Origin: Vulcanimicrobiota bacterium
GTDB taxonomy: Bacteria > Vulcanimicrobiota > Xenobia > Xenobiales > JADMJV01
Length of the DNA: 64,000 nucleotides
Assembly: GCA_050250895.1 (NCBI GenBank)
Contig: JBFWNU010000001.1
Coordinates: 1,956,791-2,020,790, forward strand
Reading direction: 5' to 3'
Below are positions 27,022-36,446 of the stretch, in pieces. Every line of letters starts with the position of its first letter. The stretch's first letter is position 1. A program made the translations under genes and the position numbers. The notes below the pieces were generated by a model that was given only the letters and a program-made list of their open reading frames with translations, was not told the DNA's origin and did not search any database.

Positions 27022-27050
27022 TTGACCACACATGCAATATTGGTTATGAT
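27022..27050 (+). promoter_or_regulatory. Sigma70 promoter for the leader-tRNA cassette
   Basis: TTGACC-17 nt-TATGAT; palindrome CAATATTG in the spacer. Confidence 0.75.
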
Positions 27051-27080
27051 GTTGGCACATTCTTCCCCAGGAGGTCCCCT

Positions 27081-27146
27081 ATGAAGCGCAAGTTCCGAAA
27101 ACGTAACTTCTTTCGATTTACGAGGACCTGTAGTGTCAACGGTTAG
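27081..27146 (+). CDS. Putative leader peptide MKRKFRKRNFFRFTRTCSVNG overlapping the tRNA-Lys 5' end
   Basis: AGGAGG at 27069-27074, 6 nt before the ATG; codons 2-13 are 3 Lys, 4 Phe, 4 Arg and 1 Asn. Confidence 0.65.
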   Translation: MKRKFRKRNFFRFTRTCSVNG

Positions 27147-27199
27147 CACACGCGCCTTTTAAGCTTGGAGTCGGGGTTCGAATCCCTGCGGGTCCACCA
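27124..27199 (+). tRNA. Atypical tRNA-Lys(TTT)
   Basis: Acceptor GGACCTG/CGGGTCC-ACCA; D stem GTGT/GCAC; anticodon arm CGCGC-CTTTTAA-GCTTG (one G-U pair, one C-U mismatch); TTCGAAT T loop. Confidence 0.85.
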
Positions 27200-27203
27200 G
27201 TCC

Positions 27204-27280
27204 GGTCTCTTAGTGTAGCCGGTGTCGCACGCGGGATTGAAGATCCCGAAGTCTCGGTTCGAGTCCGAGAGAGACCACCA
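27204..27280 (+). tRNA. Atypical tRNA-Phe(GAA)
   Basis: Acceptor GGTCTCT/AGAGACC-ACCA; anticodon arm CGGGA-TTGAAGA-TCCCG (G37); T arm CTCGG-TTCGAGT-CCGAG. Confidence 0.88.
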
Positions 27281-27281
27281 G

Positions 27282-28556
27282 TCATTCCAATTTCAGCCAG
27301 TTGGCTCTTGCCGTGTGCACCACGTCGTCGGTGCGTTTGCGCAGGTGGCGGTGCGGATTGAGGGACGAGGCGAGAAAGCCCGTGATGCCCAGCGAGGGCA
27401 CAACGATACCCATCACGGGGCCAAATCCGATGCCGGCGAGTGGACCCTGGGGTCCCGTGAAAAATTGGACGCCGAAACTTGCCAGGATGCCCGACGCCAG
27501 CAAGGCATATACTGCCTGTTCCAGGTTGAAGTCTGGGTGAATCAGGCTGGCCATGATTCCCCGCGCTCGCAAAGTCTCGATGCGCGGGGCGAGGGCCTCG
27601 AGTTGCTGCTGCCAGGTCAAGTCGCACGTCTTTCTCAGCTGGGCTACTTCGGGATTGTCCAGCACAGTGCCCTCGTTGAGGTGGTGGGTGAGATTCTGGC
27701 CGGCCACCAGGGCCCGGGCTCCGACTTGAGGGCCGGGCAGGTCGAGGCTGGCTCGCACGACCCCCCGCACCACCACCTGCATCTGGTTGGGGCCAGTCAA
27801 ATCGAGGGGGAGAAGAAAGGCCCTCGAGGCCCCGCAATCGCCCGAACTGCCGGTCGGTCGCACCAGCAGCAGTTCCTGTTCGTTCTCGGGGACGCGAATC
27901 TTGAAGGGCGGGTTGCTGGCAGCCGTGACCAGGTCCAGGCTCAGCAGCCGGCGGTTGGGGGCCGGCCAGGCCATGGCCTCCTGGCCGTCCCAAAAGCAGC
28001 GCAGGGGTGCAAAGCGACACTTTGCCTCGAAGGTAGCTCTCAGGTCGCGGGCAAAGCCTGCCCAGTCAGACTTCTCGGGGCCGCTTAGAATCAAACCCTG
28101 GGCGTGTGACTCTCCATCCAGGGCCGGGCACTCCCCGGGGCACCAGGCATCGTCTTCGACAAAGAGCGAGTAACCGCCGGTAAAATCCACAAAGACGGGC
28201 CGGATGTCTTCGGCGAACAGGGCTCCGTTGAGGCATAGCGACAGGTCCTGGTAGAGGTCGCTGTCGGTGGCGAAAGGGTTGGCCAGGGCCTGTTGCAGCC
28301 TGGCCAGGTCGAGTTGCCGTCGAGGGGGATCGAGCCAGAATGCCAGCCCCTGGCTCGAGGTTTGCACGCGAACTTCTTCGATCTCGAGGCCGTAGCAGAA
28401 TTGGACGAACTTGAGCAGAAAGGCGTGGCGGTCGCCCTCGAGGTGTCGGGCCAGCTTTTCGCGAGCCGATTGGGCCGAGATGGTGAAGCGACCGGTCGAT
28501 ACAAAGCGCCCGCTTTCCCGCAGCTGGTCTAAGACGTGGTTTAGCCCCCCGCTCAT
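27282..28556 (-). CDS. Hypothetical protein, degenerate GHKL/HSP90-like N-terminus and C-terminal TM helices
   Basis: S.G.FT.....AREKL.....FLLKFVQ N-terminal segment; hydrophobic C-terminus. Confidence 0.55.
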   Translation of the reverse strand: MSGGLNHVLDQLRESGRFVSTGRFTISAQSAREKLARHLEGDRHAFLLKFVQFCYGLEIEEVRVQTSSQGLAFWLDPPRRQLDLARLQQALANPFATDSDLYQDLSLCLNGALFAEDIRPVFVDFTGGYSLFVEDDAWCPGECPALDGESHAQGLILSGPEKSDWAGFARDLRATFEAKCRFAPLRCFWDGQEAMAWPAPNRRLLSLDLVTAASNPPFKIRVPENEQELLLVRPTGSSGDCGASRAFLLPLDLTGPNQMQVVVRGVVRASLDLPGPQVGARALVAGQNLTHHLNEGTVLDNPEVAQLRKTCDLTWQQQLEALAPRIETLRARGIMASLIHPDFNLEQAVYALLASGILASFGVQFFTGPQGPLAGIGFGPVMGIVVPSLGITGFLASSLNPHRHLRKRTDDVVHTARANWLKLE

Positions 28557-29500
28557 CGGGATAGGCTTCGCGATGGGTCCTTCGGGCCCCTCGGCAGACG
28601 CACGGTGAAGGTCGTGCCCACCCCAAACTCGCTCTTGACCTCGAGGCTGCCACCCAGAAGTTGGCAGAAGTTGCGGGTCAGGGTCAGGCCGAGACCGGTG
28701 CCGCCAAAGCGGCGGGCGATGGTGGCATCGGCCTGGGTGAAGGGCTCGAACACTCTGCCCGGCTGCTCGGGAGTCATCCCGATGCCGGTATCCTCGACCA
28801 CTCCTCGCGGCAGATCTTGGCCCCTCCGGCTTCCAGCTTGCCAGGCTCGAGGATGCCTTCGATCAATTTGAGCAGGTGCTTGGCGTTGCGATCGATGGTC
28901 TCGAGGCAGTCACGGTCGCGCTCGGGCAGGTCGACCAGCAGCATCTCGGTGAAGCCGAGGGTCGAGCTCATCGGGGTGCGCAGCTCGTGGGTGACGTGGG
29001 CTAGAAATCCGGTCCGGGCTCGCGTAGTGGCCTCGAGGGCCTTTTTTTCGTGCTCGAGCTGGCTCAGGCGACGCCGTTCGGTCAGGTCGCGCGAGTTGAG
29101 CACCAGTCCCCCCTGGACGTCGGCGCTGACCACAGCCTGCAGAAATCGGTCTCCCAGGCGAAAGTCGAGGCTGAAAGTCTGGTCGGGGTTCTCGCGGGCT
29201 CGGGCCAGACTAAGCCGCAGGCTTTCCGTATCATCGCGGTCGACCTGCTCGGGTAACGGCTGGCCGCGCAACCACTCGGCGGTGAGCCCGAGCCGGTCGA
29301 TGGCGGGGCTGACATAGGTCACGCGATCCTTCGGGTCGAGCACCAGGGTGGTGTCCGACGAACACTCTCGGAGGTCAACTCGTAGACGGTGGACCGGTTC
29401 TCGAGCAGCATGACCAGGGTCAAAAGCAGGGCCACCAGCACTACCGGCGCGGTCATCAGTAGCGGGACCCGGACACGTATGGGAAGTCGGCCTAGAATGG
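28553..29500 (-). pseudogene. Degraded PAS-histidine kinase (frameshifts and internal deletion)
   Basis: TM piece, PAS+HisKA (FLAHVTHELRTP) and HATPase G boxes (DTGIGM, GGTGLGL) lie in different frames; the N-box region is missing. Confidence 0.8.
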
Positions 29501-29570
29501 GCCCCCATTCTGCGCGGCCGGCCCCGCCAGGCTGGCAGGCGCCCCCCTGGGCAGGAACGAACCGACGGCC

Positions 29571-30770
29571 ATGACCATGTCCGTTCCGGTGGGGCCCGAA
29601 GCCCTGGCCGTGCCCGACGCTCGCGGTCGCTTCGGCGAGTTTGGCGGGCGCTTCGTTCCTGAAACCCTGATGGCGGCCCTGGCCGAGCTCGAGGCCAACT
29701 ATGACGAGGCTCGCGACGACGACCTGTTCTGGCTGGAGCTGGCCACGATCAGCGCCAGCTTCTCGGGGCGGCCCACTCCGCTCTATCCCGCTCCGAGGCT
29801 GTCCGAGAGCTGGGGAGTCGAAGTCTTTCTCAAGCGAGAGGACCTCAATCATACCGGTTCCCACAAGCTCAACAACTGTCTTGGCCAGGCACTTCTCGCC
29901 CAACGGCTGGGCAAGAAACGCATCATTGCCGAGACGGGCGCGGGCCAGCACGGGGTGGCCACGGCCACGGTCTGTGCTCGTTTCGGCCTCGAGTGCGTCA
30001 TCTACATGGGGGCCGAAGATGTGCGCAGGCAGGCCCTGAATGTCTATCGCATGGAGCTGATGGGAGCGACCGTGGTGCCCGTCGAGTCAGGCTCGAAGAC
30101 GCTCAAAGACGCTACCAACGAGGCCTTGCGCGATTGGGTAACCAACGTCGAGACCACTCACTACATCATCGGCTCGGTGGTGGGGCCTCACCCCTTTCCT
30201 CGCATGGTGAGGGACTTCCAGTCGGTCATCGGCCGCGAGATTCGCCAGCAACTCGGCGCCGACCCCGATCTGGTGGTGGCTTGCGTGGGGGGCGGCTCGA
30301 ACGCGGCCGGCGCCTTTGCTCCCTTTGTCACCAATCCGGCCGTGCGGCTGGTGGGGGTCGAGGCCGGCGGTCACGGCCAGGCCAGCGGCCAGCACTGTCG
30401 CTCGCTCACCCTGGGCCAACCAGGCATTCTGCATGGAGCCCGCACCTATCTGTTGCAAGACCAGGGCCAGGTCCAGCTCACCCATTCGGTGTCGGCGGGC
30501 CTGGATTATCCGGGAGTGGGCCCCGAGCACAGCTTCTGGAAGGACACCGGCCGGGTCGAGTATCACTCGAGCACCGACGCCGAGGCGCTCGAGGCATTCC
30601 AATTCCTGTGTCGTCGCGAGGGCATCCTGCCGGCCCTCGAGACCTCGCACGCCCTGGCCTGGTGCGCCCGCAACCTGCCGACGCTGGAGGCCTCGACCCG
30701 CGCCGTGGTCTGCCTGTCGGGACGCGGCGACAAAGACGTGGTGGAAGTCAAGAGGTTGCTCGCACAATGA
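29571..30770 (+). CDS. trpB: Tryptophan synthase beta subunit
   Basis: [53 protein letters not shown]. Confidence 0.98.
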   Translation: MTMSVPVGPEALAVPDARGRFGEFGGRFVPETLMAALAELEANYDEARDDDLFWLELATISASFSGRPTPLYPAPRLSESWGVEVFLKREDLNHTGSHKLNNCLGQALLAQRLGKKRIIAETGAGQHGVATATVCARFGLECVIYMGAEDVRRQALNVYRMELMGATVVPVESGSKTLKDATNEALRDWVTNVETTHYIIGSVVGPHPFPRMVRDFQSVIGREIRQQLGADPDLVVACVGGGSNAAGAFAPFVTNPAVRLVGVEAGGHGQASGQHCRSLTLGQPGILHGARTYLLQDQGQVQLTHSVSAGLDYPGVGPEHSFWKDTGRVEYHSSTDAEALEAFQFLCRREGILPALETSHALAWCARNLPTLEASTRAVVCLSGRGDKDVVEVKRLLAQ

Positions 30771-31531
30771 AGTTCCAAGCGCCCACGCTGATTCCGTATC
30801 TGACGGCTGGCTGGCCCGACGAGGAAGGCTTTCTGGCGGCCGTGCGCGGGGTCAAGCAAGCCGGTTGCGAGCTGTTCGAAGTGGGCTTTCCGTTTTCTGA
30901 TCCGGTGGCCGACGGGCCCACGGTGCAAAAGACCTCCAGCCAGGCCCTGGCCCGGGGCGTCGGGCTTGAGGAGAGTCTAGCCCTGACCGCCAAAGCCACT
31001 CGCGAGACCGGCCTGCCGGCGGTGGTCATGACCTATGCCAACCTCGTGTTCTTTCTGGGAGCCGAGGTCTTTTGTCGCCGGCTCGCCGAGGCTGGCGCCC
31101 AGGGGCTGATCGTACCCGACCTTCCCCTGGAAGAAGCCGAAGAGCTAGAAGCTTGCTGTGTCAAAGCCCGGATCGATCTGGTGCACCTGTGCGCCCCCAC
31201 CACTCCCCCCGAGCGCGTTCGCCAGCTTGGCCAGCGCACGCGAGGTTTTCTTTATCTGGTCCCGGTTCTGGGGGTGACCGGCGCTCGCCACGAGTTGCCA
31301 CCCCAACTCGAACAGTTGGTCAAAGGCGTGAAGGCCGAGTGCCCGGCCCCGGTGTGTGTGGGCTTTGGTATCTCTACGCCGGCGCAGGCGGCCACCGTGG
31401 CCGGATTGGCCGATGGGGTCATTGTGGGCAGCGCCTTACTGCGCCATATCGAAAGCCTGGATCCGAACGGCATCGAGGCCGGAGTAGCCGACTTTCTGGG
31501 CCAGATGCGTCAGGCGATGGTGACCGTATAG
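30767..31531 (+). CDS. trpA: Tryptophan synthase alpha subunit
   Basis: [39 protein letters not shown]; ATGA overlap with trpB. Confidence 0.96.
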   Translation: MKFQAPTLIPYLTAGWPDEEGFLAAVRGVKQAGCELFEVGFPFSDPVADGPTVQKTSSQALARGVGLEESLALTAKATRETGLPAVVMTYANLVFFLGAEVFCRRLAEAGAQGLIVPDLPLEEAEELEACCVKARIDLVHLCAPTTPPERVRQLGQRTRGFLYLVPVLGVTGARHELPPQLEQLVKGVKAECPAPVCVGFGISTPAQAATVAGLADGVIVGSALLRHIESLDPNGIEAGVADFLGQMRQAMVTV

Positions 31532-32817
31532 TGGAGGTCGCCCTCGGCTAAGGAACTCACAGCCAGCACCCGATCACCGGCCCCGAAGAGGTCGGCCCGC
31601 CCACCTTCGAGGGCCAGGCGAGTCAGGCGAGGCCCCTCGAACTCGAGCACTTCGGCCTTGAGGCCCGGCCCGTCGGCCTCTACCCGCAGCGATACATCCT
31701 TGCCTTCGGGCAGGCGATAGTAGCGAACCCCGGTGGGGACCAGCTTGTTGCTCTCGGAGAAGGGCTCGGGACCGACCACCGTCTCGGCCGGCGCGGGCAC
31801 GTCCAGCGTCGAGTAGTGCAGTCCCGGTGTGGCCACCTTGCGCGAGTCGGCATAGTTGGCCACCACCCAGTCTTGGAACAGCCCCTCGAAGCGTTGGCTC
31901 TGACCCAGGCGTTCCAGGCTGTCGTCGATCGAGGCGGTGCCGTGCAACGGATTGCGGGTCAGGTCCTCGATGAAGCCCTGACCGAAGCGCTCGGTCAGAT
32001 AGGTGCCAAACAACATGCAGGCGCCGTAGTCGACATAGGTCTGGCTCACTAGCGGGCGGTCCGGGCGGGTCTGGTGCCGGGCCACGTGCCCCATATCGGT
32101 ATGGTAGCCATTGATCTGCATGGCGATCTCGCCCAGGGTCTCGCCCAGCCACGACTCTTCTTCGCCGTCATACTGATGCTGCAATAGGTGCGAATACTCG
32201 TGGGCCAAGACGGCCTGCATGTAATCCGAATCGATGCGCCGCGACCCGGCGTTGAGATAGACGATCTCTTTTTCGTTGGAGCGCTGGCCGTATTGCTGGG
32301 CCTCGCCATCGGTGATGGTGTCGAACGGGTTGAAATAGCCGTCGAGGGTGGTGCCTTTGAAACTTGCGATCTCGGTCAGCAGCACATAGGAACGGGGGTC
32401 GCCGTCCAGGCCCAGGGGAGGGTTGCCGAAATAGGCGTGATCGTTGGCGGCCACACCCTGGCGGGGATCGACCGCGCCGGCCGGAGCCTCGCGATGGAAG
32501 CGACGGTCGACCTCGAAAACATCGCGCTCCGTGACCAGACGGTTCCAGCACGAGTCGTCGACGAAGATATAGGCGTCGTCGCCCACCGCTCGGCAGGTGG
32601 CCGTGATTTCTTTCTGGCCGGGCGGCATGACCGACATGTCCCAGGTGAAGAAGGTCTTCTTCTCGCCCACCTTGGGCGGGTCGGGAGCCTCGACAGGGGC
32701 GGCGACCGGGGCCGAGGGCTGGAAGCGGTCAAGCTTCGGTAGCTCGATGGGTCTTGAGTCGGGCGGTTGGTGGGCGGCGGCCCGGGTCATCAGTGGCGTG
32801 GAACTGGCGATTTTCAT
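31510..32817 (-). CDS. Zinc metallopeptidase (M30/M6-like)
   Basis: LAHEYSHL...E..WL.E zincin motif; GYF motif; disordered N-terminus. Confidence 0.8.
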   Translation of the reverse strand: MKIASSTPLMTRAAAHQPPDSRPIELPKLDRFQPSAPVAAPVEAPDPPKVGEKKTFFTWDMSVMPPGQKEITATCRAVGDDAYIFVDDSCWNRLVTERDVFEVDRRFHREAPAGAVDPRQGVAANDHAYFGNPPLGLDGDPRSYVLLTEIASFKGTTLDGYFNPFDTITDGEAQQYGQRSNEKEIVYLNAGSRRIDSDYMQAVLAHEYSHLLQHQYDGEEESWLGETLGEIAMQINGYHTDMGHVARHQTRPDRPLVSQTYVDYGACMLFGTYLTERFGQGFIEDLTRNPLHGTASIDDSLERLGQSQRFEGLFQDWVVANYADSRKVATPGLHYSTLDVPAPAETVVGPEPFSESNKLVPTGVRYYRLPEGKDVSLRVEADGPGLKAEVLEFEGPRLTRLALEGGRADLFGAGDRVLAVSSLAEGDLHYTVTIA

Positions 32818-34343
32818 GTTACTACCTCGAAGATGGCCGCTTGGAGCGGGTCGAGCTCGACGTTCAGGCGGCCCTGACTGACCCGGACCTCGCGTCCGCT
32901 GATCTGGTCGCGCAACAGGGTGCCTTCTTTGAGAGGGCTCTCGGCGCGGAGCGGGATAGAGCGGCTGGTCTGGTGATCCCCGTTATGAAACACGGCGATC
33001 ACTTCTTCTTGTTCGTGAGTGCGCGAGAAGGCATAGACCTTATCGTCGCGCCACATTTCGCGCTGAGCCCCCCGGCGCAGTGCGTCGGAGTGATTGCGCA
33101 AGTCGGTGAGCTGGCTAAAGTATTGGCGCAGGTCGGGGTCGCGGTCGAAGTCCATCATGCGGCGGTTGTCGGGATCGTGGCCGCCCTCCAGGCCCACTTC
33201 CGTGCCGTAATACACCGAGGGCACTCCGCGCACGGTCATCAGGAAGGCCATGGCCTGCTTGAGGCGATCACGGCCGTGGTCACCGGCGCTGTGCAAGAAG
33301 CGGGGCAGGTCGTGATTGTCGAGCACCGTCACCAGTTTGGAGGCGTCAGGATAAAGGCCGTCCTGGTCCAGGCGCTCGCCCAGGCGGGCCATGCTCTGGC
33401 CCTGGCCGAACACCTCACGAATGGTGTAGTAGAGCGGCAAATCGAAGAGGTAGTCGATGCCCGCCCGCTGATAGTCGGCTACTACGTTAGGGTCGCCGTG
33501 AAAGACCTCGCCCATGACGAACAGGTCGTCGCCAAGCTTGGCTTTGAGGTCGGGCACGAAGCGCTGCCAGACCTCTTTCTGGATGTGCTTGACGGCGTCC
33601 AGGCGAACGCCGTCGACGCCAAGCTTGCGCACCCAGTCGACCGTGTTGTTGAGCAGGTAGTCATAGGTGGCCGGGTTCTCCTGAGCCAGATCGGGCAGGC
33701 CGCCCAGGTCGCCATAGACGGTCTCGTAAGGGTCTTCCCAATCCTTGATCTCGCCGTGGTGATGGAACCAGTCGTGTTTGCCGGGATCGGCCACGAAGGG
33801 ATGGGTGGGAGCGACCTGGTTGAGGACCACATCGAGGACCACCTTCAGGCCGCGCTTGTGGGCCTCTTCCACCAGGCGCTGGGCCGTGTCGAGGGTGCCC
33901 TGGTGCTCTTCAACCTTTTCGTGGTCAGCGATCCAATAGCCGTGGTGGCCATAGCCGTGATAGTCGCCGATGGTCAACTCGTTGGCGTTGTCGGCAACCG
34001 GCGAAAGCCAGATGGTGGTGGCGCCGAGACTCTTGATGTAGTCGAGCTTCTGGGTCAGGCCGGCCAGATCGCCGCCCCAGAAACCGGTGGGGTCGTCGCG
34101 TCGTACCAGGTAGTTGTTGGTGGGGTCCCCGTCCTGAAAACGATCGGTCATGGGGAAGTAGATGATCTGATCTTTATGCCAGCGGGGCTCGGGCCTGGTC
34201 GTCGGGGTCGGGTCGGCTGGCAAGGCCGCCAGGCTCGAAGCTTCAAAGCGGTCGGCCGAGGGCGAGTCGGCAAAGCGAGGAATTAGGGCGAGAGCCCGTC
34301 GAGGGGGTGCGAAAGCGTGAGTTGAACCGATGGCCGAGATCAT
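32814..34343 (-). CDS. GH13 alpha-amylase / cyclomaltodextrinase-like
   Basis: DRFQDGD, GGDLAG, HGYW, DGVRLDAVKH, GEVF, LDNHD, YYGTE. Confidence 0.92.
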   Translation of the reverse strand: MISAIGSTHAFAPPRRALALIPRFADSPSADRFEASSLAALPADPTPTTRPEPRWHKDQIIYFPMTDRFQDGDPTNNYLVRRDDPTGFWGGDLAGLTQKLDYIKSLGATTIWLSPVADNANELTIGDYHGYGHHGYWIADHEKVEEHQGTLDTAQRLVEEAHKRGLKVVLDVVLNQVAPTHPFVADPGKHDWFHHHGEIKDWEDPYETVYGDLGGLPDLAQENPATYDYLLNNTVDWVRKLGVDGVRLDAVKHIQKEVWQRFVPDLKAKLGDDLFVMGEVFHGDPNVVADYQRAGIDYLFDLPLYYTIREVFGQGQSMARLGERLDQDGLYPDASKLVTVLDNHDLPRFLHSAGDHGRDRLKQAMAFLMTVRGVPSVYYGTEVGLEGGHDPDNRRMMDFDRDPDLRQYFSQLTDLRNHSDALRRGAQREMWRDDKVYAFSRTHEQEEVIAVFHNGDHQTSRSIPLRAESPLKEGTLLRDQISGREVRVSQGRLNVELDPLQAAIFEVVT

Positions 34344-34422
34344 GGCAAGGCGACTCTAATCCGGGCGGTGGTGGGGGTTGTGAACTCCAGGTAAACCCTC
34401 GGAGAGCGTAGAACTTCGGGGG

Positions 34423-35442
34423 GTGTTAATCGTGGTGATGGAGCAGGAGGCTTCGGTTCGACAGATCGGAGCGGTCCTCAAGAAGATCGAAGACCAGGGG
34501 TTGCAACCCCACCTTTCGAGAGGCGAGCAGTTTACCCAGATCGGCTGCCTCGACTCGCCCGACGAGAACGGCCTGGCCGAAGCCCTGGGCGGGCTCGACG
34601 GCGTGGCCCGCTCCTTTGTGAGCAAGGGCCCCTACAAACTGGCCAGTCGCGAGTTTCACCCCGAGTCGTCGGTGGTGCGGGTGGGCGGCTTGCCCATCGG
34701 AGGCAAGAAGCTAGCCCTGATCGCCGGGCCGTGCGCGGTCGAGTCGCACGAGCAACTCGCTCAGGTGGCTTCGCTGCTCAAAGAGATGAACGTGCCCTTC
34801 ATGCGCGGGGGGGCTTTCAAGCCGCGGACTTCTCCTTATAGCTTCCAGGGTATGGGCAAGGAGGGACTCGAGTTGCTGGCCGAGGCGCGAGCCCGGTATG
34901 GCGTGCGCATCGTGACCGAATGCATCGCTCCGGGCGACGTGGCCCTGGTGGCCGAGTACGCCGACATGATTCAAGTCGGGGCCCGCAACATGCAGAACTT
35001 CGCGCTGTTGCAAGAGCTAGGGATGGCCCGCATTCCGGTGTTGCTCAAGCGTGGCATGATGAGTTCGCTCAACGAGTTCTTGCTGTCGGCGGAGTACATC
35101 CTGAGCAACGGCAACAACCAGGTGATGCTGTGCGAACGAGGCATCCGCACCTTCGAGACCATGACTCGCAACACCCTCGATATCGCCGCCGTGCCCATCC
35201 TCAAACGCTTGTCGCACCTGCCAGTCATCGTCGACCCTTCGCACGCCGCCGGCGACCGCGGATTGGTTCCGGCCCTGGCCATGGCCGGGGTGGCAGCCGG
35301 GGCTGACGGCCTCATTGTCGAGGTGCATCCGGTGCCCGAGAAATCGGTCTCGGACGCCGACCAGGCCATGAGTTTCGAGGGTTTTCAACAAATGGTGGTG
35401 AGCTTGCGTGAAGTTGCCCGGGCCGTCGGGCGCGAATTTTAG
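34423..35442 (+). CDS. aroF: DAHP synthase type I-beta
   Basis: IAGPCAVES, RGGAFKPRTSPYSFQG, QVGARNMQN, CERGIRTFE, DPSH. Confidence 0.95.
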   Translation: MLIVVMEQEASVRQIGAVLKKIEDQGLQPHLSRGEQFTQIGCLDSPDENGLAEALGGLDGVARSFVSKGPYKLASREFHPESSVVRVGGLPIGGKKLALIAGPCAVESHEQLAQVASLLKEMNVPFMRGGAFKPRTSPYSFQGMGKEGLELLAEARARYGVRIVTECIAPGDVALVAEYADMIQVGARNMQNFALLQELGMARIPVLLKRGMMSSLNEFLLSAEYILSNGNNQVMLCERGIRTFETMTRNTLDIAAVPILKRLSHLPVIVDPSHAAGDRGLVPALAMAGVAAGADGLIVEVHPVPEKSVSDADQAMSFEGFQQMVVSLREVARAVGREF

Positions 35443-35510
35443 CATTCTTTCAGAGCGGTAGCGTATTAAACCACAGGGGACCCAAACACACAAAACAAGA
35501 GGGAACCGCA

Positions 35511-36446
35511 GTGGACGTTAAATTACAGAAATATAGTCCCGTCTTTTCCACGCCCGCCAGCTCGCGGCCCGACCCGCCCGAGCCCTACACCCAGGATATG
35601 CGCGAGATGGTGGAACGGGTCACCCGTGGCCCCAGCGGCCTGTCTGGCCCGATCTTTCCCCGGCTGAGCCCGCCGGGCTCCAACTCCAAGCCCCACCATG
35701 GGCATCACGCGCACGAGCATCACAAGCACGGGATGATGGCGGCCCACCTCAAGACCGAGGCGGCCGAGCTGATCGCTCATAAACTGGCCCACGCCGGAGC
35801 TGAAGTGGCCGAGGCGGCCACCAGCCAGGCGGCCGAGACGGTGGTTTCGCACCACCGCAACCTGCTCATGCCGCGCCTTCGCTTTCAACTATCACGTCCC
35901 GAGACGGTGACGGATGTGCTCGAGACCACCGAGTCGAGCAAACTGGTCGAATCCGCGGCCCACGTCAGCCACGTGACCCACGGTTTGGCCGTGGCTCTGG
36001 GGGTGGGAGCGGCGGTTTCCGGCGCCATTACCGGCCCGATGATCTACATCGGGGTCAAGGAGATTCGCGAGGGTATGGCCGAGAAAGATCTCGACAAGAC
36101 CCTCGAGGGCATCGGCGGCGTGACCGTCGGAGTGCGCAGCGGCATGGCCGCGGCCACCCTGGCCAGCATGGCCTTCGGGGGACCGGAACTGGCGGCCGTG
36201 GCCGGAGTGACCTCGAAGTGCCTGGCTCCGCTGGGGATTCTCCACGGTAGCCTCGACATGGTGTTGGGAGCCCGTCACCTGGCTCGTGGTGATTGGGTCA
36301 AAGGCGGTCTCGACCTGACCTTCGGGGGAGCGGTCATCGCCACCGCCGTCAGCGGCGACCTGTTGCCGCTGGCCGTGGCCGGGGCGGCCTTGACGGGCAA
36401 GGTGGTCAACGGCGTCATCGAACGCCGCAAGCTCAGCGAGTCATAA
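35511..36446 (+). CDS. Hypothetical protein with His-rich stretch and Gly/Ala hydrophobic C-terminus
   Basis: GAGG SD; HHGHHAHEHHKHG; several hydrophobic helices. Confidence 0.7.
   Translation: MDVKLQKYSPVFSTPASSRPDPPEPYTQDMREMVERVTRGPSGLSGPIFPRLSPPGSNSKPHHGHHAHEHHKHGMMAAHLKTEAAELIAHKLAHAGAEVAEAATSQAAETVVSHHRNLLMPRLRFQLSRPETVTDVLETTESSKLVESAAHVSHVTHGLAVALGVGAAVSGAITGPMIYIGVKEIREGMAEKDLDKTLEGIGGVTVGVRSGMAAATLASMAFGGPELAAVAGVTSKCLAPLGILHGSLDMVLGARHLARGDWVKGGLDLTFGGAVIATAVSGDLLPLAVAGAALTGKVVNGVIERRKLSES

Noticed and set aside
27053-27067. TGGCAC as a sigma54 promoter
   Set aside because: The -12 TTGC element is missing (TCCC instead); a good sigma70 promoter explains the region
27081-27146. 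Leader ORF as a trp attenuator
   Set aside because: No Trp codons, no terminator hairpin, and trpB is 2.4 kb away behind opposite-strand genes
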